From: Lama guanicoe
Taxonomy: Eukaryota
DNA length: 64,000 bases
NCBI GenBank assembly: GCA_013239625.1
Contig: MU056270.1
Location: 248,001 to 312,000 of the forward strand
Reading direction: 5' to 3'
Positions within the stretch are counted from its first letter, which is position 1, and the number at the start of each line of letters is the position of its first letter. Positions 26,601-38,200 of the stretch are shown piece after piece. The notes below the pieces were generated by a model, which did not search any database, was not told the origin of the DNA, and was given only the letters and a program-made list of their open reading frames with translations. Position numbers and translations under genes: made by a program.

Positions 26601-29600
26601 GCACGGAGCAACACGGGTAAACCTCAAAAGCAGTACCGAGGAGAACGGGGGTTCAGAGGAAAACACACACCACATTTAAAGCTCAAACACAGGTAACGAT
26701 CCACAGCGCAGGACTCAGGAACTGCAAAGCGCAGAGGTGACCCCAGGGAAGGGGCGGCACGAGAGCCGCTCCTTCGGAGGGAAAACGCGTTTCACGCGGG
26801 AATACCTGGAAAGAGCTCACCTTCAAGGGGAGCAGTGCGCCAACACTGAGCCAGTCACAGCGGGGGCTGACCCCACGCTACGCCAGCGGTCTGAACAGAG
26901 GACGTGCAAAGTTTGGTACCTGCAGTTCAGGAGCGACTCAGACTGTTCAGACCCGATCGCTGCAAGGACCCTCCCTGGACAGACTGAAAAAACACTCCTT
27001 GTCCCACCTCCACATTGGAATATCTGAAAGAGACTGGAGGCTTCACACAAAACCTCAATCAAGAATTTAATGCCAGACTTGTTCGTTTAATGACTACATG
27101 CTTCAGTCAGTCAAAAATCTTCGATTATCCAAACCCTAAATTAGGTAACTGCTTTTAAAAGACCGGGACAGGCTGAAATAGCATTTTGCATATGCAGAAA
27201 AAGTCCCTGGAACTATGCAGGGACAGCTCACAGGGATAAAATTATGAGCTGAAGTTTATTAACCACAGAGCTCTGGTTTTCCCTTCTCAAAGGGCTCAAA
27301 GAACTAATGACTTGCGGCAAGTCTGGTTTGCATACTTAAAATGCAGAACGCTGTGTTTCCTTAACCCTCTCAGCACCTTTAGAAGGAACTCCTCTAGAAC
27401 AGACGTGCACAGAAGGAAACGCGTTTCCTTGCCCAGCAGGGAAAGGTATGCAAATTAATATACCATCAAAGAGTATTTTCATCCATCGAGTTAAACCTGC
27501 TCGTCAGCAACGATGGCCAGCTGTGACGGGACCAGCTCCCGACAGGAGACCTGACAGAGCTCGCCAGGCGCCTCTGGAGTCCACCGTGAGGAAGCGAGAA
27601 ACGCGACCAAGAACCACCAAAGCAAGCTGAGGGCTGCCAGGAGGAAAAAAGTGGGAAAAAAAAAAGTGCATCCACACTAACAAAGATTATAAAGCCATAA
27701 AACTCCTGGAAAAGTGCTCACAGCAGACCAGCGCTCCCTGCAGGCTGGATTCAGAGACGCATCACCTCCTCCGGGGCACGGGCAGACACGGGGACACGGC
27801 AGAGCCACAGTGCCAGCTGGCACACACACAGGCGTGAGACCGCCGTGCGGTCTTCGCTACTGAGGACAACTTCAGATTTTTTTTAATTTTCAGTATTTTT
27901 TTTCCTAAAAGTAATGACTGGGTCTTACTTTTATAATTAGGAAATAAACGCATGACTGGAGAAAACACTTCTGAGACTTGAGCCGGCCACGGCATGGAAG
28001 ACCCCCAGGGCACGTGGGCTGCCAGCGGCCCCAGTCGGGGCTCACGGGGGCCTGCCGCAGAGCAGGCCCGGGAGCTGGTCCAGTAAACGTCACGTTCACC
28101 ACTTCACATTGTTTCACAGAAGTCCAACATGACACGTGTTCATCAACCAGCCTCACGTCCTTTTCTTCGGTAAATTTTCACAGAAACAATTTTGTTCTTT
28201 AAGATCTGGTCCTGGGCCAGAAATTGTTCTGGATTTAGGGCAAGAAAACTTAATTTTGAGTCCTGCTACTTACAGGTCAACCTCTCTGAGTACATTTCTG
28301 TTTAAAAAAAAATGGAGTTAATAACAGTTTCCTTAATTACTTCACAGAGTTATTTGCAGCAAATAAAACTGTCTATATAAAATCATTCTAGCTTTAAACA
28401 ACGAGCGATCATTAAGTTTCAATAAGCTCCTAACAAGCAGGAGTATCTGGGTACTGCTCCTGTGTTAAAATTAATTCTACTGTTGAAGACAAAGAACAAG
28501 CTAAAAGGAATAAACAAGGCTGCCATGTCCGTGTCTCTCTGGGCAGAAGTACCAACCAGGAAGCAGAAGGAACGGTGCCTGGAGAGCCCTTGGCAATGCC
28601 CCGACCACGGCTGGAAGGAGGCCCAAGAGAACTTCGGGGTCCGAGCAGCAGACGACGCTACGGAGAAGCTCAGGGAGCCCTCCCCTCCGAGGGCAGGGGC
28701 GGCGAGAGCGGGGGTAGGCGGCGTGCGGGGGCCTCGTGCCCTGAGACTCAAGGGACCTCGGCCCCCAGTGTCATGTCATCCGCCCTTTGGAAAAGGAACT
28801 ATGAAAAGCAGTGGCGGCTGACAGCCTCTCCACCTCAATGCAAGAAATAAACTTCACTTGACTGTCACCAAGAAATTGATGGATTCACTCATAAAAAACA
28901 GTATCAGCACAAACACCGTCATCAAAATCTAGTTTATTGTCTATTCCTTTAATACACAGCGGGATGACTTCAAAATACTCAATTCCAAATTCTACGTCCT
29001 GGAAACAGCCCGCCCCGGCCCCTCCCGTCCCAGTGACCTCACACGGCCTGGAGGAGCCTGGAACGGACAGCAAAGCCCGCTTCCACGTCACTTTCAGCCT
29101 GCTTCTTCACGACGCAAACTGAATTCCACGAAGAGCTCCCACTTACAACTCAGTAAAAACCTAGAAACCCAAACTGACTGCTTGTTGTAATATGCAATTC
29201 CTAATCATTTAATCTGCTCCCAAAGTGATAAAAGATTAGTGCCATTATTGTTACTGCATGAAAGCGAAGGGCCCACATTCTACAAACACTAACTTCTCAC
29301 TGCAAGAGACCACCTTGCAATTCTTCACACAAAAATTTCTGGAAATACACTCAACATTTGGCCCTACAGCCTGAAGTCACAGCATTTCTCATCAGGATGA
29401 TTAATCTTTACGAAAAGGCAGGAAAACAAAAAACAGCCACCCACTCTGACATTTTCAGTCTTTGAAAAAAAAATCCCAGTCTAGTTCATGAACTAGAATC
29501 ATCACCACGAAACATGTGCAATCCATCAAGAGTGCTTTCTGATTCTAAGATTAACAAGATCACTATCTTTCTTATTCTTTGCTCTGAGAAAACTGTACTG

Positions 29601-29850
29601 ACATTAAAAAAGTGGTTCTAGCTTAGTTTTACTTAGAAATCTGATAAACCTTTGCCCAGGAACCAACCAACCTTTAATAATAACAAGATTACTTCATTTT
29701 TTTTCTTTTCTGCTTACTTGAAAAATATAAACAACAAAGTGTAACATCTAAAAAAACCCTCCTCCACTGATTTACACAGGACCTGCTTCTGTCCAGCCCT
29801 TGTGCACCTTTCAGAGAGACCCAGCACACCTGCAGCACGGGACGCCAGTC

Positions 29851-29935
29851 TGTGTGCACGTGTATCCGTGTGCACACGTGTGTACATGCACACGACTGTG
29901 TGCGCACACGTGTGTACGTGTGTGTGCGCGCGCGC
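29851..29935. repeat. Imperfect (TG)n/(CG)n alternating purine-pyrimidine tract
   Basis: tgtgtgcacgtgtatccgtgtgcacacgtgtgtacatgc...gtgtgtacgtgtgtgtgcgcgcgcgc. Confidence 0.9.
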
Positions 29936-30232
29936 CCAGCGCCTCTGCATGTGCTGGGCCGCGGGACGGGAGGGAGGGAGCGGGAGCTCCGCGGGCGAAG
30001 GGTCTGCCCTGGCTGGAAGGAGTCAGAGGTGACTCCTGAATACGCGGGTTTGCTGCCTTTCTCTCCTTCCCGCCTCCTCGGCTCTGAAGAGCTCAGGTGG
30101 GGAGCACAGGGGCTCCAGAGGAAGCGAGCGACTCAGAGAGGGGGTGCAGGGGGCGTGGAGGGAGGGAGCTGGGAACGTGGCTGGAAGCTAGGCGGGGACG
30201 TAGCCACATGTCCGTTTAACTCGATCACTTAC

Positions 30233-30349
30233 CTGTGTTATTTTTTCTATTCCCTGGAAGTTGTGCTTTTCAAAATGTTCTGCGATGTTTCGGAAGGTGT
30301 GACGCTCCAGGTAACAGCAGTTACTGAGGACGATCAAAAGTCGCTGCTC
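30233..30349 (-). CDS. EXOC2: EXOC2 exon ~22 (117 nt): [39 protein letters not shown]
   Basis: Acceptor gttttag|GAG, donor CAG|gtaagt; symmetric phase 0-0 exon. Confidence 0.97.
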
Positions 30350-32745
30350 CTAAAACCAATCAAACGCTCAGAAAACTACATTTATAGAAGCACAGTGGGG
30401 GACAGACAGGTAAGACTGATCAGTTATAATCTCTCAGTGTTCACATCCACACTCAACGCTTCGTTTTTCCAATAGAGAGAAACACAACATGGTCTTTCAT
30501 TGTACTGACTGCTCGTTAGGACGCAGCACACGAGCCAACGACGTCCCTGTGGCGTGTGACGGCTGTCCGGGCACACAGTGAACGGAGCGGAGGCCAGCAC
30601 TACTCTTAGGACAGGGGCCGACCGTACTGTTAACTTTATCTGCTGCTCTTCGCAACAACAACAAAGAAGCTATAAAAATTGACATTCCAAAGTAATTTAA
30701 AAAATGTACAAACTCTCAAGAGACTGATTTCTACATTCTTCATAACTTACAAGAAAGCTACAATGCTATCCAGACGGGCTCCTTCAAAAAACGGGGCCTT
30801 CACAGAGGTTCCTCTGCGAAACAGTCTCCTCTTACGGGGAGTGAGGGGCAGAGGCCAGCGAATCCCCCACAGGCGGTCACGAAGGGACCAGTCTACACAC
30901 CCCAGGCTTCCAGCTGCTTAAGGAAACTTCGTACCAAAATTACCAGACCCCAAAAGCTGATGAATAAAGCATCCTCTTACAGCTCAGAACTGCTCCAGGA
31001 ACACGAAGTTCCAGGAATGGCACTGGCCCTGCTCCCTCAGGTGAGGGCTTCTCTGGAACAACTGTGACTAATTTAGGGCCTTGATTGAGACCCCATGACT
31101 AAAAACTAAGGCAAAACTTCTTTCCAGGAGAAGGTCACACCCACACTCTGCCTGCTGTTTTGTGCTCATCCAGGTAACTCAGGCTAATGTCAGTAACCCG
31201 GCAGGTGCACAGACCACAGGCTACGCTCACCAAACCCCCATCACCCCTAGAATTCCACCTGGTTCCTTCACAACGTGTAAAACTCTCCATGTCTTTATTT
31301 AAAACTTCATTTTTAATTCATTTCTGGCAGAGTGTGGCCTATTCACTGCATTTTGTGGTCATCAACAAACATAATTAAAAGGCCCAGAAATTATTAAGGT
31401 GTTTTCAAAGCAATGAAAGGTTATCAACACTGGAACGACTCTATGGATGGGAAACAGACGCTTAAACAAGGTAAACTCCTCCACATTGTGCTCAAACCGC
31501 GTGAGACGGACCAGGAGGTGCCAACTCCTGCCCATGCCGGGTGACACCACCATGTGTGAAGGGCCTGAACTGAAGTCGCCACGACACCACGCTGGCTGTG
31601 TCGCACAAATCCCAAAGGCCTCTCAGCTCCACGATCACCCCTAATGACTTTCCTTCAGGACCCGCCCTCCAAGTCCTGGCCTCCCACAGCCGCCCACCCA
31701 AGCCAGCCGTGCTCATTAACTCTGGGCGATGGGTACTCTTGTAATCTAAATGGTTCTTCCCCAAAATGGAAAAACTGTGTCAAGTAATTTGAAATTTTAC
31801 TCTTAGTAAGCGTATTTTTCTCTGCAACAGAACCAACCAGAATAAAAGTGGGAAGAAAAACTGAACACACAAATAAAATTCTTAAACTCAGATGACTCAT
31901 CAAAAAATGATGAACAACTTACACGAGCAAGCGCATTTGAGAACAACAACTCAACCCACCCAAGGGGCACCCGCATCGAGGACGCTGGCCTCACGTCCTA
32001 CTCCAGCTTCTCCAGTCTCTGTGACGCAGGCACGGCGCCCCCAGGGGCCTGCCCGAGGTCTACCAGCTAGCCAGCAGCAGGCCGGAAACCAAACCAGAAC
32101 CCTCGCCAGTCTTCTTCCCAGAACTGTCTCCACGGGATAGCAGAGCACGACCCTGCTTCAGTCATCTGGGCCGAGGCTAAGGAGAATCCACTGGGGAAAA
32201 CACAGGGACTGAACTTGATACCAAGTCTGGAACAACTTCAGGAGAATGGAAAGGAGAGAGAAGAGCAACTGTGGAACTTCGGGGTTTGGGTGCCCATCAG
32301 CAGGAGAGCTGAGCTGTGGTTCTGGGGGGGTCTGTGCTCTGAGAACCGACCCCCCACAAGCACACTGGCCAGGAAACGTCTCCACGGTCCTGGCGTCAGC
32401 ACATGGCAGTGCCCCAGCCCTGGGAAGCTCCTTGTGAGGAAACCAGGCAGGTCCCAGAGGCTGAGAAACAGCTTCAGGGCTTCAGAGGCAGCAAGGCCGC
32501 CCTCAGCCAAGAGGCTCTCTCCTCAGTTCCCGTTCACAGTGCAGGAACCACTGCGACCCAGTGCAGGCAGGTGCCCCTTGGCTGTCCCACTCTCTGAGGA
32601 CGGCCAGGTCCATGGGCCCTTCCCTCTGAGCCTGCACTGGTTTAAATGCATCTCCCCACCTGCGTCAGGAGCCAAGTGCTCCATCTGGAGCTCCTCTCTC
32701 CGAGTCTTCCTGGCCTGGGAGCCTCGAGCTTTCTGCTTCTGGCCT

Positions 32746-32905
32746 TCCCTAAGTACCACTGCCCCAATATTATCCAAAGTGCTGGCACCCCGATATTATC
32801 TCTAAGTCCTAGAATCTCAATATCGTCCCTAAGTGCCAACACCCCAGTGTCACCCCTAAGTAGCAGCACGCCAACATGAGCCCCAAGTGCTGGCACCCGA
32901 TGTCG
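32746..32905. repeat. Degenerate minisatellite, 6 copies of a 26-27 bp unit (consensus about tccctaagtgctggcaccccaatatca)
   Basis: Six successive units: tccctaagtacc, tccaaagtgctg, tctctaagtcct, tccctaagtgcc, cccctaagtagc, gccccaagtgctg. Confidence 0.85.
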
Positions 32906-33315
32906 TGCTCACACGTGTGGCCCTCTTCTCCCTCAACTGTTTTCCCCTGGACTCCCGTCCACTCCCGGCCTTTTCCCACGCAGCACCGCTGAGTCACAAG
33001 TCTGCTTCTAGGCTTCTCTCCCAGGGGTCAGCCACCGACTCCCCGCCGAACAGCACCCATTCAGCACGTCTGGCCCCAGACTGAGTTTCAGCCTTTCTTT
33101 AGAACCTGTTTTCTTCTGAGTTCTCTCCACAAACAGGACTACTGTCCAACGAGTCGTCCAAGGAATTAAACCCAGAGTAGTTTTTCTAATAAATTAGTTT
33201 GATTAAACCATACTTCTCTTAATATAACAAATCCCTCATGTAGGAAGTCATACTTACAGTAACTGTGGGAAGGATACACAGCAGGAGATCCAGATCACGT
33301 GTTTTCTTTCCTGAA

Positions 33316-33383
33316 ACGCGCGCGCGCACGTACACACACGCGCACACTCACACGCACGCAAACACACGCACACGCGCACACAC
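33316..33383. repeat. Imperfect (CG)n/(CA)n alternating purine-pyrimidine tract
   Basis: acgcgcgcgcgcacgtacacacacgcgcacactcacacgcacgcaaacacacgcacacgcgcacacac. Confidence 0.9.
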
Positions 33384-33978
33384 CCCCTTCACACCGACGA
33401 CAAACCAGAGGGTTGTTTCTTTTTTAAGACAGCTGGGGCTCAGAGTCAACAGCTGACTTTGCACATGTGAGAAAGTGGAAGTGTGAATCACCCCTAAATA
33501 CGTGCGTATGTTTAAAAAGTACGTGTGTTTACAGAACAGGTGCTTTGGTTTTGGTTCTGCCATGGAACATTGTTCAGATAAAATGCTACCAGGGAGCTTA
33601 CAAGCCAACAGAGAAAAGCAGAGCTTCTCTGCTCAAAGAGGAAAAATGTGGGCAGCGTGCCTGTCTTCCCTCCTCTCTAGTGTCCGCACACCAGGGCTCC
33701 ACAGGGCCGCATCACACGCAGAAACCGCAGGACGCAGAGACGGGGTGAAGCCACACAAGGCGCAACTTAAGCTGAAAGGTTTTAAAGTGTGGCAGCCATA
33801 CAAAATTATACGTTTACTAAAATTTTCACAAAATAAAACGGCTTCAAAAGCATAGAGCTACAGCAGTAATGCGGCCACAGAGTAATTCAGACCAAGTTAT
33901 GAAACAGTCATTACATAGTTTTAAAATGACATGTTTTACTTTCCATTTATCATCTTTATTATTTACGAGCTCACTTAC

Positions 33979-34045
33979 AGAAGTCAAAGTGAAATCTTCA
34001 TGGATACTTCCAAACAAATCAGGAGAAGAAACGTCTGTGGAAAGA
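33979..34045 (-). CDS. EXOC2: EXOC2 exon ~21 (67 nt): (H)LSTDVSSPDLFGSIHEDFTLTS
   Basis: Acceptor tactcag|T, donor TCT|gtaagt. Confidence 0.96.
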
Positions 34046-35377
34046 CTGAGTAAAGAAGCACGTGAGAGAACAGTCGCAGGTAAAGCACCGAGACTGAGAG
34101 TGTGTGCGCAACGTCGCCCAGCAGCGACACCGCATAAAACACGACGAGTCTGACTTCAAAATCTTTTTGTCAAAAATCATGTAACTTTGTTTTTTTAACA
34201 GTGACAACTGACAGCTCAAAGTAGACACCATGGACTATTAACATGGGCCATGTGAGATGTGCCCCCAAGTCTTCCCAATGCCAATAATTTAATTTCTAGG
34301 TGTAGACTTTCCCAATTTAAATGCTTTTGCCCATCAGAATCCAGAGGAGCTTTTTCAAGCTCAGGACTATAGCAGATGATGTACGGGTGAGCTGGGAAAT
34401 TAGTTAATAACCCACAAGTGACCAGACACACAAAACTGCAGGGCAGGAAATACTGAGCCACTGATTCATCTGCAGATCTGGCTGAATCGTAATCAACAAT
34501 GCAGCAGGATTTGCCCTCTTCAAGCCTAAACAACTGATTACAGAATTCACACGGAAGACTAAATAGGCGAAAATGTCAAATGATATTTTAAAATAGAGAA
34601 ACAATAAAAGGACATCCAATGTGAAAAACACTGAAAAATGAACTAATAGTAATTAAACTAATGTAACTAAAACAACACAAACTGATAGGAAACATGTGAA
34701 TGAACAGACGGCAGAGTTCAGAAATACCTTCACTATATATTAGAATTCAATGAGCGAAACGGAAATTATAACAAAACAAGAGGGAAAGACTTATTTAATT
34801 TAAAAACATCGGGGAGCAGATCAACAGTACAGATTTCTGATAAATTCATGTGTTAAACATGTGAAGTCAAATTAAAACCAGAAGAGCATCTCAGGCAGAC
34901 GAGGGTCTCACATACTGAGGGGCAAAGAGCAGGTGAACGTGGAAGCAGACACAGAGAAGCCCCAGCTGCCCACCCAGGTCTCAGAGGGGTTTACTTCCGT
35001 GTCATCTGTGTCGGAGCATAAGCCTCAGGTACACAGAAGTCACACGTGCCAAACATCACTCAGAAACACTAGATTTTCCGAAACCCTCAGAGAACAGCTT
35101 GGTAGAAACACCGTCACCCAGGTCTGTGGGTGTCAGGCTGGAGCTGGACGCAAGCCCCCGGCACAGTCAGTCCTTAACAAGCACTGGTGCCGCCCAGATC
35201 AGAGCCGCCGAAGGGCTGACAGGAGACATGTGTTTAATTTCCCACGTTTTTATTTACAAAACCTGCTCCTCTGGGTGATTCGCAAGCTGTGTGCTCAGTC
35301 TGCTCGATGCGTCTCTAGCAGAGCCGAGACAAGATCAGAGGACGAAGAGCGCCAGCGCGGCCGTCAGCCATACTCAC

Positions 35378-35439
35378 TGTGCGGTGTCCACGTCGGCGTC
35401 GGGCTTGGTGCTCAGCTGCTCCAGACAGTGTATGAAAAT
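35378..35439 (-). CDS. EXOC2: EXOC2 exon ~20 (62 nt): IFIHCLEQLSTKPDADVDTA(H)
   Basis: Acceptor gacttag|ATT, donor ACA|gtgagt. Confidence 0.96.
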
Positions 35440-36019
35440 CTAAGTCAAAGGCAGGATGTTTCAGTGGTATGAGCTCTCAGACACTCATCTATGTGGACAC
35501 TAAAGACAATTCTGTACAAACAACCAGAAATACAGTGTCCGTCCTGTCAGTGGTATGTACTGACTGCCCCGCACACAGAGGCACTTGCGTGTGTGTGAGA
35601 GCTGGGGAGACAGCCCAGCACACGCCACGTTACGTGACAGTTTAAAGTGCCTGTGCTCTGACACAGCCCTGAGGTCCTGAGTGTACTTCCTTCCCCCCAC
35701 TCACCCACGTGCTCGCTCACCCTGTTCGTGTGCCCAAGGCACTGGTCCCCAGAACTCCACGGTCTAGGACAGCGCAGGCAGCGGTCACGGCGCTGCACCC
35801 GTGCTGACACCACGAGCCGCAGCAGGGCGGGGCGGAGCGGAGCGGAGCAGACAGGAGCGTTTGCTGGGACTCTCGCCTCGCGCTTATTTACCATAAACCA
35901 CGTGCACTCAAGAGAAGCGAACGCACGTCTAACACGGCACCCGAGGGGCACCCTGGGACGGGGCAGGGACTAACCCGCGCTGCGGCGGGCCTCGGGGCGC
36001 CCGGCCCCCCCCAGAGTAC

Positions 36020-36079
36020 CTGCACGATGTTGGTGCTGAGCTGGCAGACCTCCTCCTGGGTCCTAGGCTCCTGGAAGAC
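36020..36079 (-). CDS. EXOC2: EXOC2 exon ~19 (60 nt): VFQEPRTQEEVCQLSTNIVQ
   Basis: Acceptor ccttgcag|GTC, donor CAG|gtactc. Confidence 0.96.
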
Positions 36080-36336
36080 CTGCAAGGAAGACTTCTGGTG
36101 GAAAGTTCTGTACTTAGCTAAGAAACCTGTTTGTTTATGAAGTTCCATACAAAACACTTAACCCTGGAAAATCACGTCCAGCGGGTAACCAGACTCTGGA
36201 GGGGACGGGAGTGGAGAGGAGGTCACGGCGGCGCGTCCACGCCGGTGACCGTGGCCTGAGAGACGTGCCGGGCAGCAGCTCCGCAGCTGCGCCCCGTGAG
36301 GTGCCCAGGCCCCCGGGGGGCTGACCCCGCACTTAC

Positions 36337-36417
36337 GCTGGCTTCTCCGGGCTTGCACTCCAGGACCCCTCTCAGCGACTGCAAGGTGTGCACCACGCAC
36401 CGCTCAAACTGGCAGGG
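36337..36417 (-). CDS. EXOC2: EXOC2 exon ~18 (81 nt): [27 protein letters not shown]
   Basis: Acceptor ctcctgcag|CCC, donor AGC|gtaagt. Confidence 0.97.
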
Positions 36418-37184
36418 CTGCAGGAGACAGACCAGAGCAAGTGCTGGGCACGCAGACACCAGCAGAGGCCAACAGGGCCCAGGCTCCCACTTCCCAGATT
36501 CTGGACAGGACCCGAGACAAAGACAGCCTCGCCATGAGCTCTGGACTTGGCAGGCTCCGCGTATGTACTTGAAGTCCTGAGAGTTGAAAGCACGTCTAAT
36601 TCAACTAGAACAGGAGTTGGGTAGAACTGAAATTTACCTTCAAAAGTCTACCCTCCTGGGAGGCAAACGCCAGGATAAAGCACAGACATCCAGAGTTTCG
36701 TGTCAGAGGCCCCTGCAGGGCATGCTCTGGGACGGGCTTGTCTCCCGGGCCTCCCCGCCTCTGGCCCATCAACGCAATGGATGTCAGGAATGGTGACTGT
36801 GGGAGGCTGGTCACTCTAAAGTCTCCACAGTCTACAAACATCAAGTCTGAAAATGAAGCTTAAAAACACATCCAACAAATGCCTCTGAGGTAAGTCTGAT
36901 TGGCCCTAACTGCAGGCCTCCCCCGCCGGGCACAGACGTGGAGTTCTAGGGCAGGGTCAACAAACCCGTCACTTTTAACTGAAAAAAAGTGCAGAGATAA
37001 GTGGAGAATGAACCAGAATCAGCGCCGAGGGAGAGACAGGAGGTGGGGTGGGCTGGCCTGGACGGCAGAGGGCCTGCAGGGATGGGCCCCTGGGGCGCGG
37101 AGCGGGGCCAGGCTCGAGCTGGTGACCGCTCTGCGCAGAGCCTGCGGCCAGCACCCTTTCCTGTGCACTCCTGCCTTCTCGTGA

Positions 37185-37862
37185 TTCTTTCTTCTCTCAT
37201 GATGAAGTATGGTTGCCGTACAATGTAAGTTTTAGGCGCACAATGTAGTGATTTGCCAGTGTTACAGGTTACTTTCCACTCAGTTACAGAACACTGGCTC
37301 CACGCCCCGTGTTGCACAACGTACACTTGTAGCTTATTTTACACCTAATAGTTTGTGCCTATTAATCCCTGCACCTCCCCCAGCCCCTGCCCTCTCCCCA
37401 CTGGGAAACACTAGTTTCTTCTCTACCTGTGTGTCTGCTGCTTTTTCGTTATGTTCACTAGTTTGTTGTGTTTTTAAGATGCCATGTCAGTGAGAACATA
37501 CAGTATTTGTCTCTCTGATTATCTCANNNNNNNNNNNNNNNNNNNNNNNNNNNNNNNNNNNNNNNNNNNNNNNNNNNNNNNNNNNNNNNNNNNNNNNNNN
37601 NNNNNNNNNNNNNNNNNNNNNNNNNNNNNNNNNNNNNNNNNNNNNNNNNNNNNNNNNNNNNNNNNNNNNNNNNNNNNNNNNNNNNNNNNNNNNNNNNNNN
37701 NNNNNNNNNNNNNNNNNNNNNNNNNNNNNNNNNNNNNNNNNNNNNNNNNNNNNNNNNNNNNNNNNCTGTGAACACTGGGGCGCATGTATCTTTTCAAGTT
37801 AGTTTTTTTGTTTTTTTTCCCAGATATTCCAGAGTGGAACTGCTGAGTCATATGGCAGTTCC
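37185..37862 (-). mobile_element. 5'-truncated LINE-1 (ORF2 C-terminus plus 3' UTR), interrupted by an assembly gap
   Basis: The minus strand at about 37770-37860 reads like the L1 ORF2 end (LPYDSAVPLWNIW..., frameshifted). The 3' UTR has typical antisense motifs (cagtgagaacatacagtatttgtc, tagtttcttctctacctgtgtgtctgc). Boundaries approximate. Confidence 0.8.
37527..37765. other. Assembly gap (239 N)
   Basis: Run of N inside the L1 copy. Confidence 1.
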
Positions 37863-38071
37863 AGTTTTAAAAGAGTTCAGGGAAAAAAAAATCAAACAGA
37901 AAAAAAAGACACCTATATGCAAAACCGACCCCCCCCAAAAAGATAAGTTTACTTTCTTACAAAAAGGTACCTGGGCTTAATGAAAGCTAAAACAGCACCC
38001 CGACTTCGATGTCCTTTTAATACTGCACTCAAGAGCCAGCAGAGGGCCCGTAAAGAATACTCAGCAGTGAA

Positions 38072-38200
38072 GGGCGGAGGGCATAGCTCAAGTGGTGGAG
38101 CACACGCTCAGCATTCACAAGGTCCTGGGTTCAATCCCCAGTACCTCCTCCAAAACTAAATAAGTAAACCTACTTACTTCCCCCTAAAAAAAAAAAAAAA
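38072..38200 (+). mobile_element. tRNA-derived SINE of the camelid Vic-1 type, with A15 tail
   Basis: GGAGGGCATAGCTCAAGTGGTGGAGC (Pol III A box) ... GGTCCTGGGTTCAATCCCCAGTACCTCC (B box), then an A-rich/CCCCT tail and poly(A). It resembles the Vic-1 family as recalled. No clear target-site duplication is visible. Confidence 0.85.

Noticed and set aside
32746-32905. CRISPR-like periodic array
   Set aside because: The units are head-to-tail degenerate copies with no unique spacers, in a mammalian intron with no cas genes.
37484-37851. ORFs spanning poly-X
   Set aside because: Artefacts of the N gap.
38072-38150. Possible tRNA gene (A and B boxes present)
   Set aside because: It continues into a SINE-type tail and poly(A), and the acceptor stem pairs poorly, so it is a tRNA-derived SINE.
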